Assembly (NCBI GenBank): GCA_041641295.1
Contig: JBEPYO010000001.1
Location: 768,001 to 832,000, forward strand
Length of the DNA: 64,000 nucleotides
Direction: 5' to 3'
Source of the DNA: Nitrososphaerota archaeon
Lineage (GTDB): Archaea > Thermoproteota > Nitrososphaeria_A > Caldarchaeales > Calditenuaceae
The notes beneath the pieces were generated by a model. It ran no database searches, was not told where the DNA came from, and saw only the letters and a list, made by a program, of their open reading frames with translations. The position numbers were made by a program, and so were the translations under genes. This document shows, in pieces, positions 8,843 to 19,097 of the stretch. Position 1 is the stretch's first letter; each line of letters opens with the position of its first letter.

Positions 8843-10873
8843 TTGAGGGAGGGACTGGTGCGTGGGTTAGAGGATTCTTACAGGCAGGTCCACCTAGACT
8901 TTCACACCTCCCCACTAATACCTGATGTAGCGGCCGATTTTAATCCAGAGGAATTCGCTGATACACTCTCACGCGCCTCTGTAAACTCAGTTACGGTCTT
9001 CGCCAAGTGCCATCACGGGATGTCTTATTATGATACGCGGGTTGGAGTAAAGCATCCATCATTGAGGATTGACCTTCTCAAGGAGATGGTGGATGCTTGT
9101 CACAGGAGGGGGATTAGGGTTGCTGCGTACTATTCGGTCTGCTGGGACTCGTATATGGGTGAGGAGCATCCTGAGTGGCTTCAAGTAGATAGGAGCGGTG
9201 TGCCTGTTAGGCCCAGGCCCTTTGAGCGGCCCTACTACAGCTGGGAGACACTATGCCTCAACACGCCATACGTCGACTATGTAGAGGCACAGGTTAGAGA
9301 GGTTCTGAGCGGCTACGACGTGGATGGAGTCTTTCTGGACATAGTAGTGCAGAGGAGACCTGGCTGTCTCTGCCGGTTCTGCAGGTCTTCGATGGATAGG
9401 CTTGGAATGGATTATGCAGATGAGGAGGAGCTCCGGAGACACTCGAGGATGATAGAGGAGAGGTTTATGGCGAGGATGTGGAGGCTCGTCAGAGAGACAC
9501 GGCCTAATGCAACGCTCTTCTTTAACGGCGCATCAAACCTGAATATGGCGCGACTGGCCGAGAAGTATCTGACTCATTTTGAGATTGAGTCGCTCCCAAC
9601 TGGGCCGTGGGGATACTACCACTTCCCACTCTATGCACGATACCTGAGAAACTTTGGCAAGCCGATTGTAGGGATGACTGGGAGGTTCCACCTCTCGTGG
9701 GCTGATTTTGGAGGGCTTAAACCGGCCGCCCAACTAGTCTACGAGGCTGCCCGGATACTGGCCCACGGAGCCGCCGTCTCCATAGGCGACCAGATGCACC
9801 CGAGGGGAAGGCTAGACGAGGCGGTCTACAACACTATAGGAGAGGCATACAGGGTGGTGGAGAGGGTGGAGGAGCTTGTGCGCGGATCAGAGCCGCTTTA
9901 TGAGGCTGCGATCCTTGCGCTCCCGAGGTCTAGGGGAGCGGATGCCTATGTTTTTCCGGAGGGTGGGTTCGGGATTGACGACTCACTGGCTGGTGCTGTC
10001 AAGATTCTATTGGAGGAGAAGATACAGTTTAACGTTATAGACCACCTGATGGATTTTGACAGGTATAAGCTGCTGATAATCCCCGACTTTGGTCTTCTTG
10101 ACGATAATACAAAACAGAAGATTGCAGAGTATATCTCCCGCGGTGGACGAATAATATTCAGCTACAAGGCAACTCTAGAGGATGGAGAGTTCAAGATCCC
10201 AGGAATAGGCTTGAATCCAGTCGATTCTGACCGATACGATGTCGACTTCATCCGAGTCGGCCCGCAGATATCCCAAGGCATCCCACAGGGCTTTGACATA
10301 GCGATGTATGGCTCGGGTGTTTACACTAGGCTTGAGGATGGTGTGGCGCTGGCTTGGATTAGGGAGCCCTATTTCAGGAGGAGCTACAAGACATACACTT
10401 CGCACACCTACTCTCCAGCGGCCAGAGACTCGGAGAGCCCAGCCATCACCCTATCAAGAGACGGAAAGATATTATACATCTACTCCCCGATATTCGCCGC
10501 CTATTACAAATATGGCTACTGGCTCCACGCCAGAATACTCAGAAACTGTCTGGACCTCATGCTCAAGGACAGGCTGGTATATCCAACCCTACCACCCACG
10601 TCGGAAACATACCTCTGGAGAAGACAGGACTCCCTCATCATCCACCTAGTGAATTACCAGTCAATGAGGATTGGCAGGCACCCCGAGTACATGGGCGAAT
10701 ACACCCCCTACTCTTCTTTGAGGCTAAGAGTCAGGACGGCTAAAGAGCCGAGACGAATCTACTCCTATCTGGACGGGAGGGAGCTAAACTTCAACTTCTC
10801 CGCGGGGGTCGTGGACTTTGTGCTCGACGCACCGGACATATATGAGATACTTGTTCTGGAGGGCGCGGCCTAG
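8843..10873 (+). CDS. Glycoside hydrolase, GH151 alpha-L-fucosidase-like (GHL6 TIM barrel plus GH42-type trimerisation domain)
   Basis: RQVHLDFHTS, FAKCHHGMSYY, LCLNTPY, DGVFLDI, CxCxxC, EIESLPTG.WGY, MTGRFHLSWADFGGLK, SIGDQMHPRG. Confidence 0.8.
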   Translation: MREGLVRGLEDSYRQVHLDFHTSPLIPDVAADFNPEEFADTLSRASVNSVTVFAKCHHGMSYYDTRVGVKHPSLRIDLLKEMVDACHRRGIRVAAYYSVCWDSYMGEEHPEWLQVDRSGVPVRPRPFERPYYSWETLCLNTPYVDYVEAQVREVLSGYDVDGVFLDIVVQRRPGCLCRFCRSSMDRLGMDYADEEELRRHSRMIEERFMARMWRLVRETRPNATLFFNGASNLNMARLAEKYLTHFEIESLPTGPWGYYHFPLYARYLRNFGKPIVGMTGRFHLSWADFGGLKPAAQLVYEAARILAHGAAVSIGDQMHPRGRLDEAVYNTIGEAYRVVERVEELVRGSEPLYEAAILALPRSRGADAYVFPEGGFGIDDSLAGAVKILLEEKIQFNVIDHLMDFDRYKLLIIPDFGLLDDNTKQKIAEYISRGGRIIFSYKATLEDGEFKIPGIGLNPVDSDRYDVDFIRVGPQISQGIPQGFDIAMYGSGVYTRLEDGVALAWIREPYFRRSYKTYTSHTYSPAARDSESPAITLSRDGKILYIYSPIFAAYYKYGYWLHARILRNCLDLMLKDRLVYPTLPPTSETYLWRRQDSLIIHLVNYQSMRIGRHPEYMGEYTPYSSLRLRVRTAKEPRRIYSYLDGRELNFNFSAGVVDFVLDAPDIYEILVLEGAA

Positions 10874-11268
10874 CGTATGAACACCTTCTCGGGCTTAATC
10901 CGCCAGATCAACCTATTTTCGCGGGGTCCTTGGAAACTGCTGACGCCCAGATACTTGTTCGCCAGCTTATCTATGTGCTCCACCGCGCCGTGAGAAGTCT
11001 TCTCAACTACCCGCCCCCGAATCTCGCAGTATTTGTATGGGTTGGCTGAGTCGGCAATGGCTATCGAGACCCGCGGATCCCTGTCCGTATTCCTGTCCTT
11101 CACCCTTCCCTTAACAGTGTTTACCAGAATATAGTCGCCCTCAATGTCCACCCAGACGGGCGAGACCTGCGGCGAGCCGTCCGGCATCAAGGTCGCGACG
11201 AACCCGAAGTTCTTTCCTTCTATGAGTCTCCTAGCCTCTGGAGGGATTAGGGCCACGCGAGTACCCAA
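10870..11268 (-). CDS. PPOX-class (pyridoxamine 5'-phosphate oxidase-like) probable F420-dependent oxidoreductase
   Basis: ATLMPDGSPQVSPVW, GRVKDRN..RDPRVS, YCEIRG, DKLANKYLG. Confidence 0.85.
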   Translation of the reverse strand: MGTRVALIPPEARRLIEGKNFGFVATLMPDGSPQVSPVWVDIEGDYILVNTVKGRVKDRNTDRDPRVSIAIADSANPYKYCEIRGRVVEKTSHGAVEHIDKLANKYLGVSSFQGPRENRLIWRIKPEKVFIR

Positions 11269-11355
11269 TCAATGACACTATTTGACTGTACTCTAATCCC
11301 CTATTCGACTATGCTCAATTTTTATATATGGGGGAGCCATCAGAGGCGCGCAGGC

Positions 11356-12051
11356 TTGAGATACGAGATAAAACATCGCCCATCCTATTCGCTACTAGAG
11401 GTTGAGCTTGAGCAGGGCGACGCCATCAGGGCTGAGGCAGGCGCCATGACTTACATGTCCCCCACAATCGAGGTTAGGACGGTGATGCGTGAGTCAAGCT
11501 TCATCGAGAGCCTAGGCCTCAAGCTCCTCGGAGGCCAATCCTTCTTCGTGAACGAGTACTCCGCTAAGTCCGGCAAGGGGGTGGTGGGGCTCGTTTCAGC
11601 CCCGCTTGGCGACATCGCACACTTAGACGTCAGGCCCGGACTGGGCTACATAGTCCAGAAGGCGGCATACGTGGCGTCAAGCCCCAACATCGACTTGGAC
11701 ATCAAGTGGCAGGGATTCACCAGAGGAATCTTCGGCCAAGGCCTGTTCATGCTAAGGGTCACAGGAAGCGGCGACCTCTTCATCAACACCTTCGGAGCAC
11801 TCGAGAAGAAGACGCTAGCCCCCGGCGAGGAGCTGGTCGTCGACAACTTCCACCTAGCAGCCTTCACCGAGACCTGCAGCTACCAAGTCTCCAAGTTCGG
11901 CGGCCTCAAATCTACACTACTCGGAGGCGAGGGCCTAGTGGTGAAAATTAGAGGACCGGGAGAAGTCTACATACAGACTAAGAACCCGGCCGAGTTCGCA
12001 GAATGGCTATGGAGCCTCCTAGAACCATATGTAAGGTCTAGAGCTAGGTAG
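11356..12051 (+). CDS. AIM24/TIGR00266 family protein
   Basis: IRAEAGAMTYMS, GGQSFFVNEY, GQGLFML...GSGDLF...FG, VVDNFHL, GGEGLV...GPG.VYIQT. TTG start at 11356 preferred. Confidence 0.88.
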   Translation: MRYEIKHRPSYSLLEVELEQGDAIRAEAGAMTYMSPTIEVRTVMRESSFIESLGLKLLGGQSFFVNEYSAKSGKGVVGLVSAPLGDIAHLDVRPGLGYIVQKAAYVASSPNIDLDIKWQGFTRGIFGQGLFMLRVTGSGDLFINTFGALEKKTLAPGEELVVDNFHLAAFTETCSYQVSKFGGLKSTLLGGEGLVVKIRGPGEVYIQTKNPAEFAEWLWSLLEPYVRSRAR

Positions 12052-12190
12052 GGTTACATCGCCGTTTCCAGTTTTCGACTATGAATATCTGCTCAGTACG
12101 GGGTCTTAACGGTTTGCTGGCCGCCGTAGGTTCCATCTTCTGTGCCGAGTAAACAACTTATCTCGGGGCGAGGATACTATCATTTAGGGG

Positions 12191-12985
12191 TTGGCTCCCG
12201 AGGGGGACAGGCTTAGGACTGGCGTGAAGGGTATTGATGAGCTCATTGAGGGTGGGGTGCCTGAAGGCTTTCTAGTAGCCGTCACCGGCGAGCCGGGGTG
12301 CGGCAAGACGGTCTTCTCGATCCACTTCATCAATCAGGGGATATTGGATGGTGATAAGTGCATCTACATAACGACGGAGGAGAGTCGCGAGTCGATAATG
12401 AAGCAGGCTTCGCAGTTTGGGATGAATTTCGAGAGAGCTGTGAATGAGGGGAGGCTGATAATAGTTGACGCCCTGATGGGGAGGGAGGATCAGTGGAGTC
12501 TTAAGTCGCTTGACATGGAGGCCCTCGTCGAGAAGATCATCGAGGCTAAGAAGGAGCTTGGGTACGGTAGGGCTAGGGTCGCTATAGACTCGCTCTCGGC
12601 CTTCTGGCTCGACAGGCCCGCAATGGCTAGGCGATATAGCTACTACCTCAAGAAGGTCTTGTCGAAGTGGAACTTCACGATACTCGCAGTGAGTCAATAC
12701 GCAATAACAACGGCGGAGAGCTTTGGGTGGGGAATAGAGCATATAGCGGATGGCATAATCAGGTTCAGGAGAATTCTCAGAGGTGGGGAGCTGAGAAGGT
12801 TCGTAATAATCGAGAAGATGAGGCAGACGAATCACAGCAGATACCTTCACGAGATTGATATCAAACCGGGGGTTGGCCTCGTGGTCCTAGGCAGGGTCGA
12901 GAGAAGAGTTGAGGACTATAAGCTTCCACCAGATGTCACGAGAAGAATACTTGAGTCGAGGCGGAAGACTGGGGAGATCTTATGA
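12191..12985 (+). CDS. KaiC-like RecA-superfamily ATPase (single domain)
   Basis: RLRTGVKGIDELIEGG, Walker A GEPGCGKT, YITTEES, IDSLS, EHIADGIIR, IEKMRQTNH. Confidence 0.92.
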   Translation: MAPEGDRLRTGVKGIDELIEGGVPEGFLVAVTGEPGCGKTVFSIHFINQGILDGDKCIYITTEESRESIMKQASQFGMNFERAVNEGRLIIVDALMGREDQWSLKSLDMEALVEKIIEAKKELGYGRARVAIDSLSAFWLDRPAMARRYSYYLKKVLSKWNFTILAVSQYAITTAESFGWGIEHIADGIIRFRRILRGGELRRFVIIEKMRQTNHSRYLHEIDIKPGVGLVVLGRVERRVEDYKLPPDVTRRILESRRKTGEIL

Positions 12986-13848
12986 TCTGGGAGCAGGTCA
13001 GGGAGTATTATTTGAGGCCTGAGGTAAGGGAGGAGATAGCGGAGTATTGTACTGGAAAATGGGTCGCTGTTCACTGCGAGCAACAGCCTGATGGAACTAG
13101 GCCCATGATTAGGTACTGGGAGCAGGGAAAGCCCCTAACGATAGGAAGCGAGGATGATGTTTTAGCCGTCCTGGAGAGGTTTTCACCGCTGAAGCCGAGG
13201 GCATTCTATGCTACAGCACACACCTATAGGAGGCTGAAATCCCCAGACGACCTAGCCGACCGAGATAATATTGTTCGATCCTCACCAACATGGGATATAG
13301 ACTCGAAAGACGGCGATTGGCGGAAAGTTATCAAAAAGGCCTTAGAGATCGTTGACGTTCTAGAAAGACACGGTGTAGTGAAGTCCATCTTCTTCAAGTG
13401 GAGCGGGAGGGGCGCCCACATCCACATAAATCCAGGAGCCTTCAGCCAGGAGCTTCTGCAAAGGGTCGACCCGCTAGACGTCGCCTATTCAGTAACCCAG
13501 TATATCACGCTTAAGATAGAGCCTGAGGATGGGGTGGTTGTCGAGAACAAGATCGATGCACAGAGGGTCTTCACGGCCCCTCTGAGCCTACATAGGTCGG
13601 TGGACAGGGTCGCGGTCTGCATCCCTCCAGACGAGCTGGAGGGCTTCCATATTGACTGGGCCAGCCCCACTGGGTACAAGCATTTCCCACATGCATGGCG
13701 CAGATACGAAGAGGGTGAGGGGGATGAGCTCGCCGAGAAAGCCTACGCTGCGGTCGGAGCATATTTTACCGTCCGTGCTGGGAGGAGACGAAAGCATAAG
13801 CCGCTTGACCAAGAGATCCTAGAGGCTTTCAAGAAGTTCGGGCTATAA
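12982..13848 (+). CDS. Archaeo-eukaryotic primase (AEP/PrimPol-like) catalytic-domain protein
   Basis: Motif I WDID, motif II KWSGRGAHIH, motif III IDAQRVFTAPLSLH. ATGA overlap with the KaiC gene. Confidence 0.75.
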   Translation: MIWEQVREYYLRPEVREEIAEYCTGKWVAVHCEQQPDGTRPMIRYWEQGKPLTIGSEDDVLAVLERFSPLKPRAFYATAHTYRRLKSPDDLADRDNIVRSSPTWDIDSKDGDWRKVIKKALEIVDVLERHGVVKSIFFKWSGRGAHIHINPGAFSQELLQRVDPLDVAYSVTQYITLKIEPEDGVVVENKIDAQRVFTAPLSLHRSVDRVAVCIPPDELEGFHIDWASPTGYKHFPHAWRRYEEGEGDELAEKAYAAVGAYFTVRAGRRRKHKPLDQEILEAFKKFGL

Positions 13849-13989
13849 TATCGACCCGGAAACAAGTTTTAGATCGCCTTAAGCCTCTTCCATGTTGTGG
13901 TTATGAGAAGGACACAAAATTTTACTTTCCCCATGATATTCAATTATTGACAGGCCTAATACCTGTTAAAAGCTTAATATTGCTGTTGA

Positions 13990-14556
<567 letters not shown>

Positions 14557-14587
14557 TAATATCAGCGGCCAAACCCTTTCACAAATG

Positions 14588-14662
14588 CGGGCCCGCTGGG
14601 ACTCGAACCCAGGACCTCCGGCTCCGCAGGCCGGCGCCCTATCCATGCTAGGCCACGGGCCC
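14588..14662 (-). tRNA. tRNA-Arg(GCG)
   Basis: Minus strand GGGCCCG...CCGGC-CT-GCG-GA-GCCGG...GGTTCGAGTCC...CGGGCCCG; 75-nt cloverleaf. Confidence 0.95.
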
Positions 14663-14769
14663 GCGTGTATGTTTACTATGCTCTAATTTATGCTTGGACA
14701 CCCCTGTGGTTTTGGGGTAATGGGTTATAGCTGGCCGTGAGTGGTTATCTTGCGTTGGGGGGTGGGGGC

Positions 14770-15513
14770 TTGTCGCGAGCCTTGATTGAGGTGGCTGGGC
14801 TCTGGAAGAGTTTTGACGGCGTGCCCGCGGTGAGTGGCCTAAACATGGTTGTGAATGCGGGCACGATACATGGGCTCTTCGGACTCAACGGTGCTGGTAA
14901 GACTACGACGATTAAGTGTATTGTAGGACTCTTGAGGCCTGATCGTGGAGAGGTGTTTGTCGCCGGCCGCTCTGTCCTCACAGACACAGCCTATAAGAGC
15001 CTCCTGGGGTATCTCCCCGAGAACCCCGCCCTCCCCGAATACCTGACCACGGAAGAGTTCCTCATATTCAACGCTAGGTTGAAGGGGCTTAGAGAGGGGG
15101 AGTTGAAGAGGCGTGTCTCTGAGGCGGTGGAGCTGTTTGGTCTTGGGAGATACCTCGACAGGCTGATCTACGAGTTGTCTAAGGGTGTTAGGCAGAGGAT
15201 AGCCTTCGCGGCTGCGATAGTTAACTCGCCTCAGATCCTTATCTTGGACGAGCCGTTCAATGGGCTTGACCCTGAGGCGCAGAGTGTGGCTAAGATGTTG
15301 ATGAGGGAGACGGCGAAGGGTGGTGGGGCGGTCCTCGTGAGCACTCACCTCTTAGACTCTATTGAGCGGGTATGCGACTCGGCCACGATTATTCATGCGG
15401 GACGGGAGCTGGCTTCGGGAAGCCTAGAGGAGCTTAGAAGGCTAGCAGGCCTAGAAGGTTCAACACCACTCGAAGACGTATTCCTGAACATTGTCTCGAG
15501 GCGGCGTGTTTGA
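14770..15513 (+). CDS. ABC-2 type transporter ATP-binding protein (alternative start 14737)
   Basis: GLNGAGKTT, LSKGVRQR, LDEPFNGLDP, STHLL. Confidence 0.92.
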   Translation: MSRALIEVAGLWKSFDGVPAVSGLNMVVNAGTIHGLFGLNGAGKTTTIKCIVGLLRPDRGEVFVAGRSVLTDTAYKSLLGYLPENPALPEYLTTEEFLIFNARLKGLREGELKRRVSEAVELFGLGRYLDRLIYELSKGVRQRIAFAAAIVNSPQILILDEPFNGLDPEAQSVAKMLMRETAKGGGAVLVSTHLLDSIERVCDSATIIHAGRELASGSLEELRRLAGLEGSTPLEDVFLNIVSRRRV

Positions 15514-17033
15514 CAGGCACTGCACTCTTACTCGTAACGGTCAAGCTAAAACAATACTTGGGCCAGCTCAGGCGCTCTCCCAAGAACCTACTCTCACTGG
15601 CCGCGGTCTATCTCGCCTGGCTCTTCGTGATTGGCCTAGTCTCGCTCATGATACGGTTTACAGGGATTCTCTCAGGTGCTGGTCCAAGGGGCTTCCTAGG
15701 AGTCCTCTCCGAGGTCACGGTAACGGCTATACTGGCGGTCGGTGTCTTCCTAGGAGTTAAGGGCGGCATTACTGCGTTCCCATACGAGATAGACTACGTC
15801 CTCACGTCTGGTGTGAGGCCGCGCATCTACTTGCTAGCTGACCTGCTCTTCCAGCTCTTCCTCCTCGGCTTCTTCATAATCCCGCCTACGAGCCTCATGC
15901 TGACCGTCTTAACCTACCCCCTCCACCTCGACTACCTGGGAAGAGCCATCCCTCTCTACCTCTCAACCATCCTCATCTCTATACTACTCTCCCACGTGCT
16001 GGGGGTTTCGCGCGTGAGGGTTGAGGAGAGGTGGGTTAGGATGATAGGCTGGGCTCTGATGATGGTGGTCTCGGCACCGCTAGTCCTGCTGGCTCTGCGA
16101 ATAAAACCACCGGCGTTCCTTTCGCCCCACCCCGCGCTTCTCGTCTCATCCGCGATAGAGGCACCCAGCGCGGCCACGCTGTGGATGCTACCCTACCTAG
16201 CGCTGCTAGGCCTAGCATACCTTCACCTCTCCAAGTCCAACTTCTACTCCTCAGTCTCGCCCATACTCTTCTCAGTGCTGATGGAGCCGCCTAGCAGGCT
16301 CTCGAGATACTTCAAGATACCCGGGGTGGGAAGGGTCTTCGGGCTTGGGTCTGCGCGCGGCTACTTCTCGCTGATGTATAGGCTTCACCTCGTGAGGGTT
16401 GTTAGGGAGGGTAGCTTCTGGACCGGTGTGATGGTGCTCCTGTTCCTGACGCTGGCGAACACTGCTCTGCCTAGGCTTGTGGGGGTCGCCCAGTTCCCAG
16501 AGGTGGCGGAGCTCACGATGATCGCCCTCTATATCCCGCTGCTCCCCGCCCTACTCTCGATAAACTGGAGCATATCCGAGAGGCCGAACACGTGGGTCAT
16601 CAGCCTCTCGCAAAGAGGTGAGAAGTACTATGTCTCAGGCCTCTTTCTCGCATACTTCACGGTGACACTCCTCTTCTCACTCCTACTCTATGGATTGGTC
16701 TCCATAGGCTCCAGCGAGGCGCCATTCCTCCTAATCGACCTAGTTCTCCTTCTTGCCATGTCGTGTTTCGGCTCATCCCTCTCAGTCCTCGTCTCGCTTG
16801 TCATGAGACTGGCCCCCTCACCCTTCTCCCTCGGCTCCCTACTCTACATCCTGATACCGCTCACGGGCTCAATCCTCCTCTCCCTCCCAATACTCGTGAT
16901 CAGGCTCTTCGAGCCACTGGCCAGCTCACCCACAGCCCCTCTCATGGCCAACATAGTGGTATACGTGGGGGTCTCCGCAACAGTCCTGTATAAAATACTC
17001 ACGTCGGCGGGTGTAAAATACCTCGGAGGATAA
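15510..17033 (+). CDS. Putative ABC-2 exporter permease (multi-pass membrane protein)
   Basis: About 12 hydrophobic segments; 4-bp overlap with the ABC ATPase gene. Confidence 0.7.
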   Translation: MTGTALLLVTVKLKQYLGQLRRSPKNLLSLAAVYLAWLFVIGLVSLMIRFTGILSGAGPRGFLGVLSEVTVTAILAVGVFLGVKGGITAFPYEIDYVLTSGVRPRIYLLADLLFQLFLLGFFIIPPTSLMLTVLTYPLHLDYLGRAIPLYLSTILISILLSHVLGVSRVRVEERWVRMIGWALMMVVSAPLVLLALRIKPPAFLSPHPALLVSSAIEAPSAATLWMLPYLALLGLAYLHLSKSNFYSSVSPILFSVLMEPPSRLSRYFKIPGVGRVFGLGSARGYFSLMYRLHLVRVVREGSFWTGVMVLLFLTLANTALPRLVGVAQFPEVAELTMIALYIPLLPALLSINWSISERPNTWVISLSQRGEKYYVSGLFLAYFTVTLLFSLLLYGLVSIGSSEAPFLLIDLVLLLAMSCFGSSLSVLVSLVMRLAPSPFSLGSLLYILIPLTGSILLSLPILVIRLFEPLASSPTAPLMANIVVYVGVSATVLYKILTSAGVKYLGG

Positions 17034-17195
17034 CCACACCTATCCGACCCGATTACTCATTAGAACAGACTAATCCAGCCGATTTGCCTGAAAACTGCGC
17101 CTCGAGTAGGTAGGAGGCCTGGAATTCTTCCCTCCACACTTGCTGGCTATATTGGAAATATTTTTATAACCCATAGGGATAATGTTTTTTCAAGA

Positions 17196-19097
17196 TTGGC
17201 TCAGGAGACTAAAAAAGAGGTGGAGACTATGGAGGAGAAAAAGAAGGGGAAGAAGGAAGAGCTGGTCAAGCAGTGGAGAGGTATAGAGGTTAAGCCACTA
17301 AACCCCTCTTTCGAGATTCTTGACAGGTATGTTTTGAGGGAAAAGTTTGCCGAGGTCGTTATTGCCTCACCACCAGGCCGAGTTGTTGAGCCTATATACT
17401 TCGTGATTGAGACGCCCATGACACCGCAGGAGGAGACCGCTCTGGAGAAGGTAAAGGACATCCTGACTAAAGAACTCGACATACCCAAGGTTGGCGAGGA
17501 GGAAGAGGTTAGGAAGGTTATCCACGAGACAACCTTGAAGATCATGAAGAAGTATAGGAGGGCTTTAGGGATTCCTTCGCTATCAGACGAGCAGGTCCAG
17601 AAATTCCTCTACTATATTGACAGGGACCTGATGGGTTTCGGACCGCTCAACGTAATCATGGAGGACTACAAGGTCGAGGACATATCGTGCGACGGCCTCA
17701 ATATTCCGATCTATGTCTGGCACAGAGACTTTGAGAGCATGCCCACGAATGTGTCCTTCAACGATAGGGAGGCTCTCGACGACTTTATCATCCACTTGGC
17801 CCACAAGGCGGGTAAGCACGTCTCATCCGCCTTCCCAATCGTGGACGCCATGATCTATGGAAAGCATAGGCTTGCGGCGACTTTTAGAGAGGAGATCTCT
17901 CCGCGGGGCAGCACCTTCACGATTAGGAAGTTTAGGGAGAAGCCCTTCAGCATAACGGAGCTGATTCTCAGCAACGTCTTGAACAGCGAGATGGGCGCGT
18001 ATTTCTGGCTGCTCCTCGAGAACAAGGCTAGCCTGATGCTTATAGGCGCGACAGGGAGTGGAAAGACCACCCTACTGAACGCCCTTACCACGTTTATCAA
18101 GCCGAGGATGAAGATAGTTACCTGTGAGGAGACAGCTGAGATTAACATTCCGAGGGATAACTGGGTCAGGTTTGTGACTAGGGAGAGCTATGGTCTCGGA
18201 GCGACGGAGAGGGGTGCTGTGGCTCTCTTCGACTTGGTCAAGACGAGTCTGAGGTATAGGCCTGACTACCTGATTGTTGGTGAGGTCAGGGGTGAGGAGG
18301 CCTTCGTCCTGTTCCAAGCCATCGCGACTGGGCATGGAGGCTTGACTACTGTCCACGCCGAGGATGTGGAGAGTGCTGTTAAGAGGCTTATGAGCCCGCC
18401 GATGAATATTCCTGAGACCCATATCTCGCTGCTCGACGCCATGGCCTTGATTCAGAGGGTGCAGCTCCGCGGCAAGACGCAGCTCTTCGGGAGGAGGGTC
18501 AGGTTCATCTGGGAGGTTGAGGACGCCCACAGGTATAGGAAGATAGCGGAGTGGGATCCTGTCACAGACACGTTCCGTGTCAACTTTGCAAATAGTCTCC
18601 AACTCGAGAATATCTCGCTCATGAATGGTGTGAGTAAGGAGGATTTGATGCTTGAGCTTTGGAGGAGGAAGGAGCTTCTCGAATGGATGCGTGAGAATAA
18701 GATAACGGATAATGACAAGGTAGCCAGCATCATTCTCTCCTACTATGCCGACCCGGAGAAGCTGATCGCCGAGGCCGGGATTACCGTGAGGAAGCCGCCG
18801 TTCCCAGTTGCTAGGAGGGCTGAGACTGTTGCCAGACCTGTTGCGGCTTCACCTGTGGCTGGGGGCGCCCCACAGCTTGCCACTACGAGTGTGAATTTAG
18901 ATGAGTTGGAGAAGGAGGTTAAACCGATTGCCGACTATATCGTCGAGACCATACTTAAGAGGAGTGGACCGATTCCCTACTGGCAGGTCTTTGTGAAGAC
19001 GCCGTATCCGAGGGACGTGATTATTCGGGCTATGCGGTACCTGAAGGAGAAGAAGAGGATCGATATTATCGGCGGCGTTGTTGAGCTTATGGAGTAG
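17196..19097 (+). CDS. Archaeal type IV pilus / type II-IV secretion assembly ATPase (VirB11/TadA/ArlI family)
   Basis: EDISCDG, GSTFTIRKF, Walker A GATGSGKTT, EETAEI, LRYRPDYLIVGEVRGEEA, TGHGGLTTVHA. Confidence 0.93.
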   Translation: MAQETKKEVETMEEKKKGKKEELVKQWRGIEVKPLNPSFEILDRYVLREKFAEVVIASPPGRVVEPIYFVIETPMTPQEETALEKVKDILTKELDIPKVGEEEEVRKVIHETTLKIMKKYRRALGIPSLSDEQVQKFLYYIDRDLMGFGPLNVIMEDYKVEDISCDGLNIPIYVWHRDFESMPTNVSFNDREALDDFIIHLAHKAGKHVSSAFPIVDAMIYGKHRLAATFREEISPRGSTFTIRKFREKPFSITELILSNVLNSEMGAYFWLLLENKASLMLIGATGSGKTTLLNALTTFIKPRMKIVTCEETAEINIPRDNWVRFVTRESYGLGATERGAVALFDLVKTSLRYRPDYLIVGEVRGEEAFVLFQAIATGHGGLTTVHAEDVESAVKRLMSPPMNIPETHISLLDAMALIQRVQLRGKTQLFGRRVRFIWEVEDAHRYRKIAEWDPVTDTFRVNFANSLQLENISLMNGVSKEDLMLELWRRKELLEWMRENKITDNDKVASIILSYYADPEKLIAEAGITVRKPPFPVARRAETVARPVAASPVAGGAPQLATTSVNLDELEKEVKPIADYIVETILKRSGPIPYWQVFVKTPYPRDVIIRAMRYLKEKKRIDIIGGVVELME

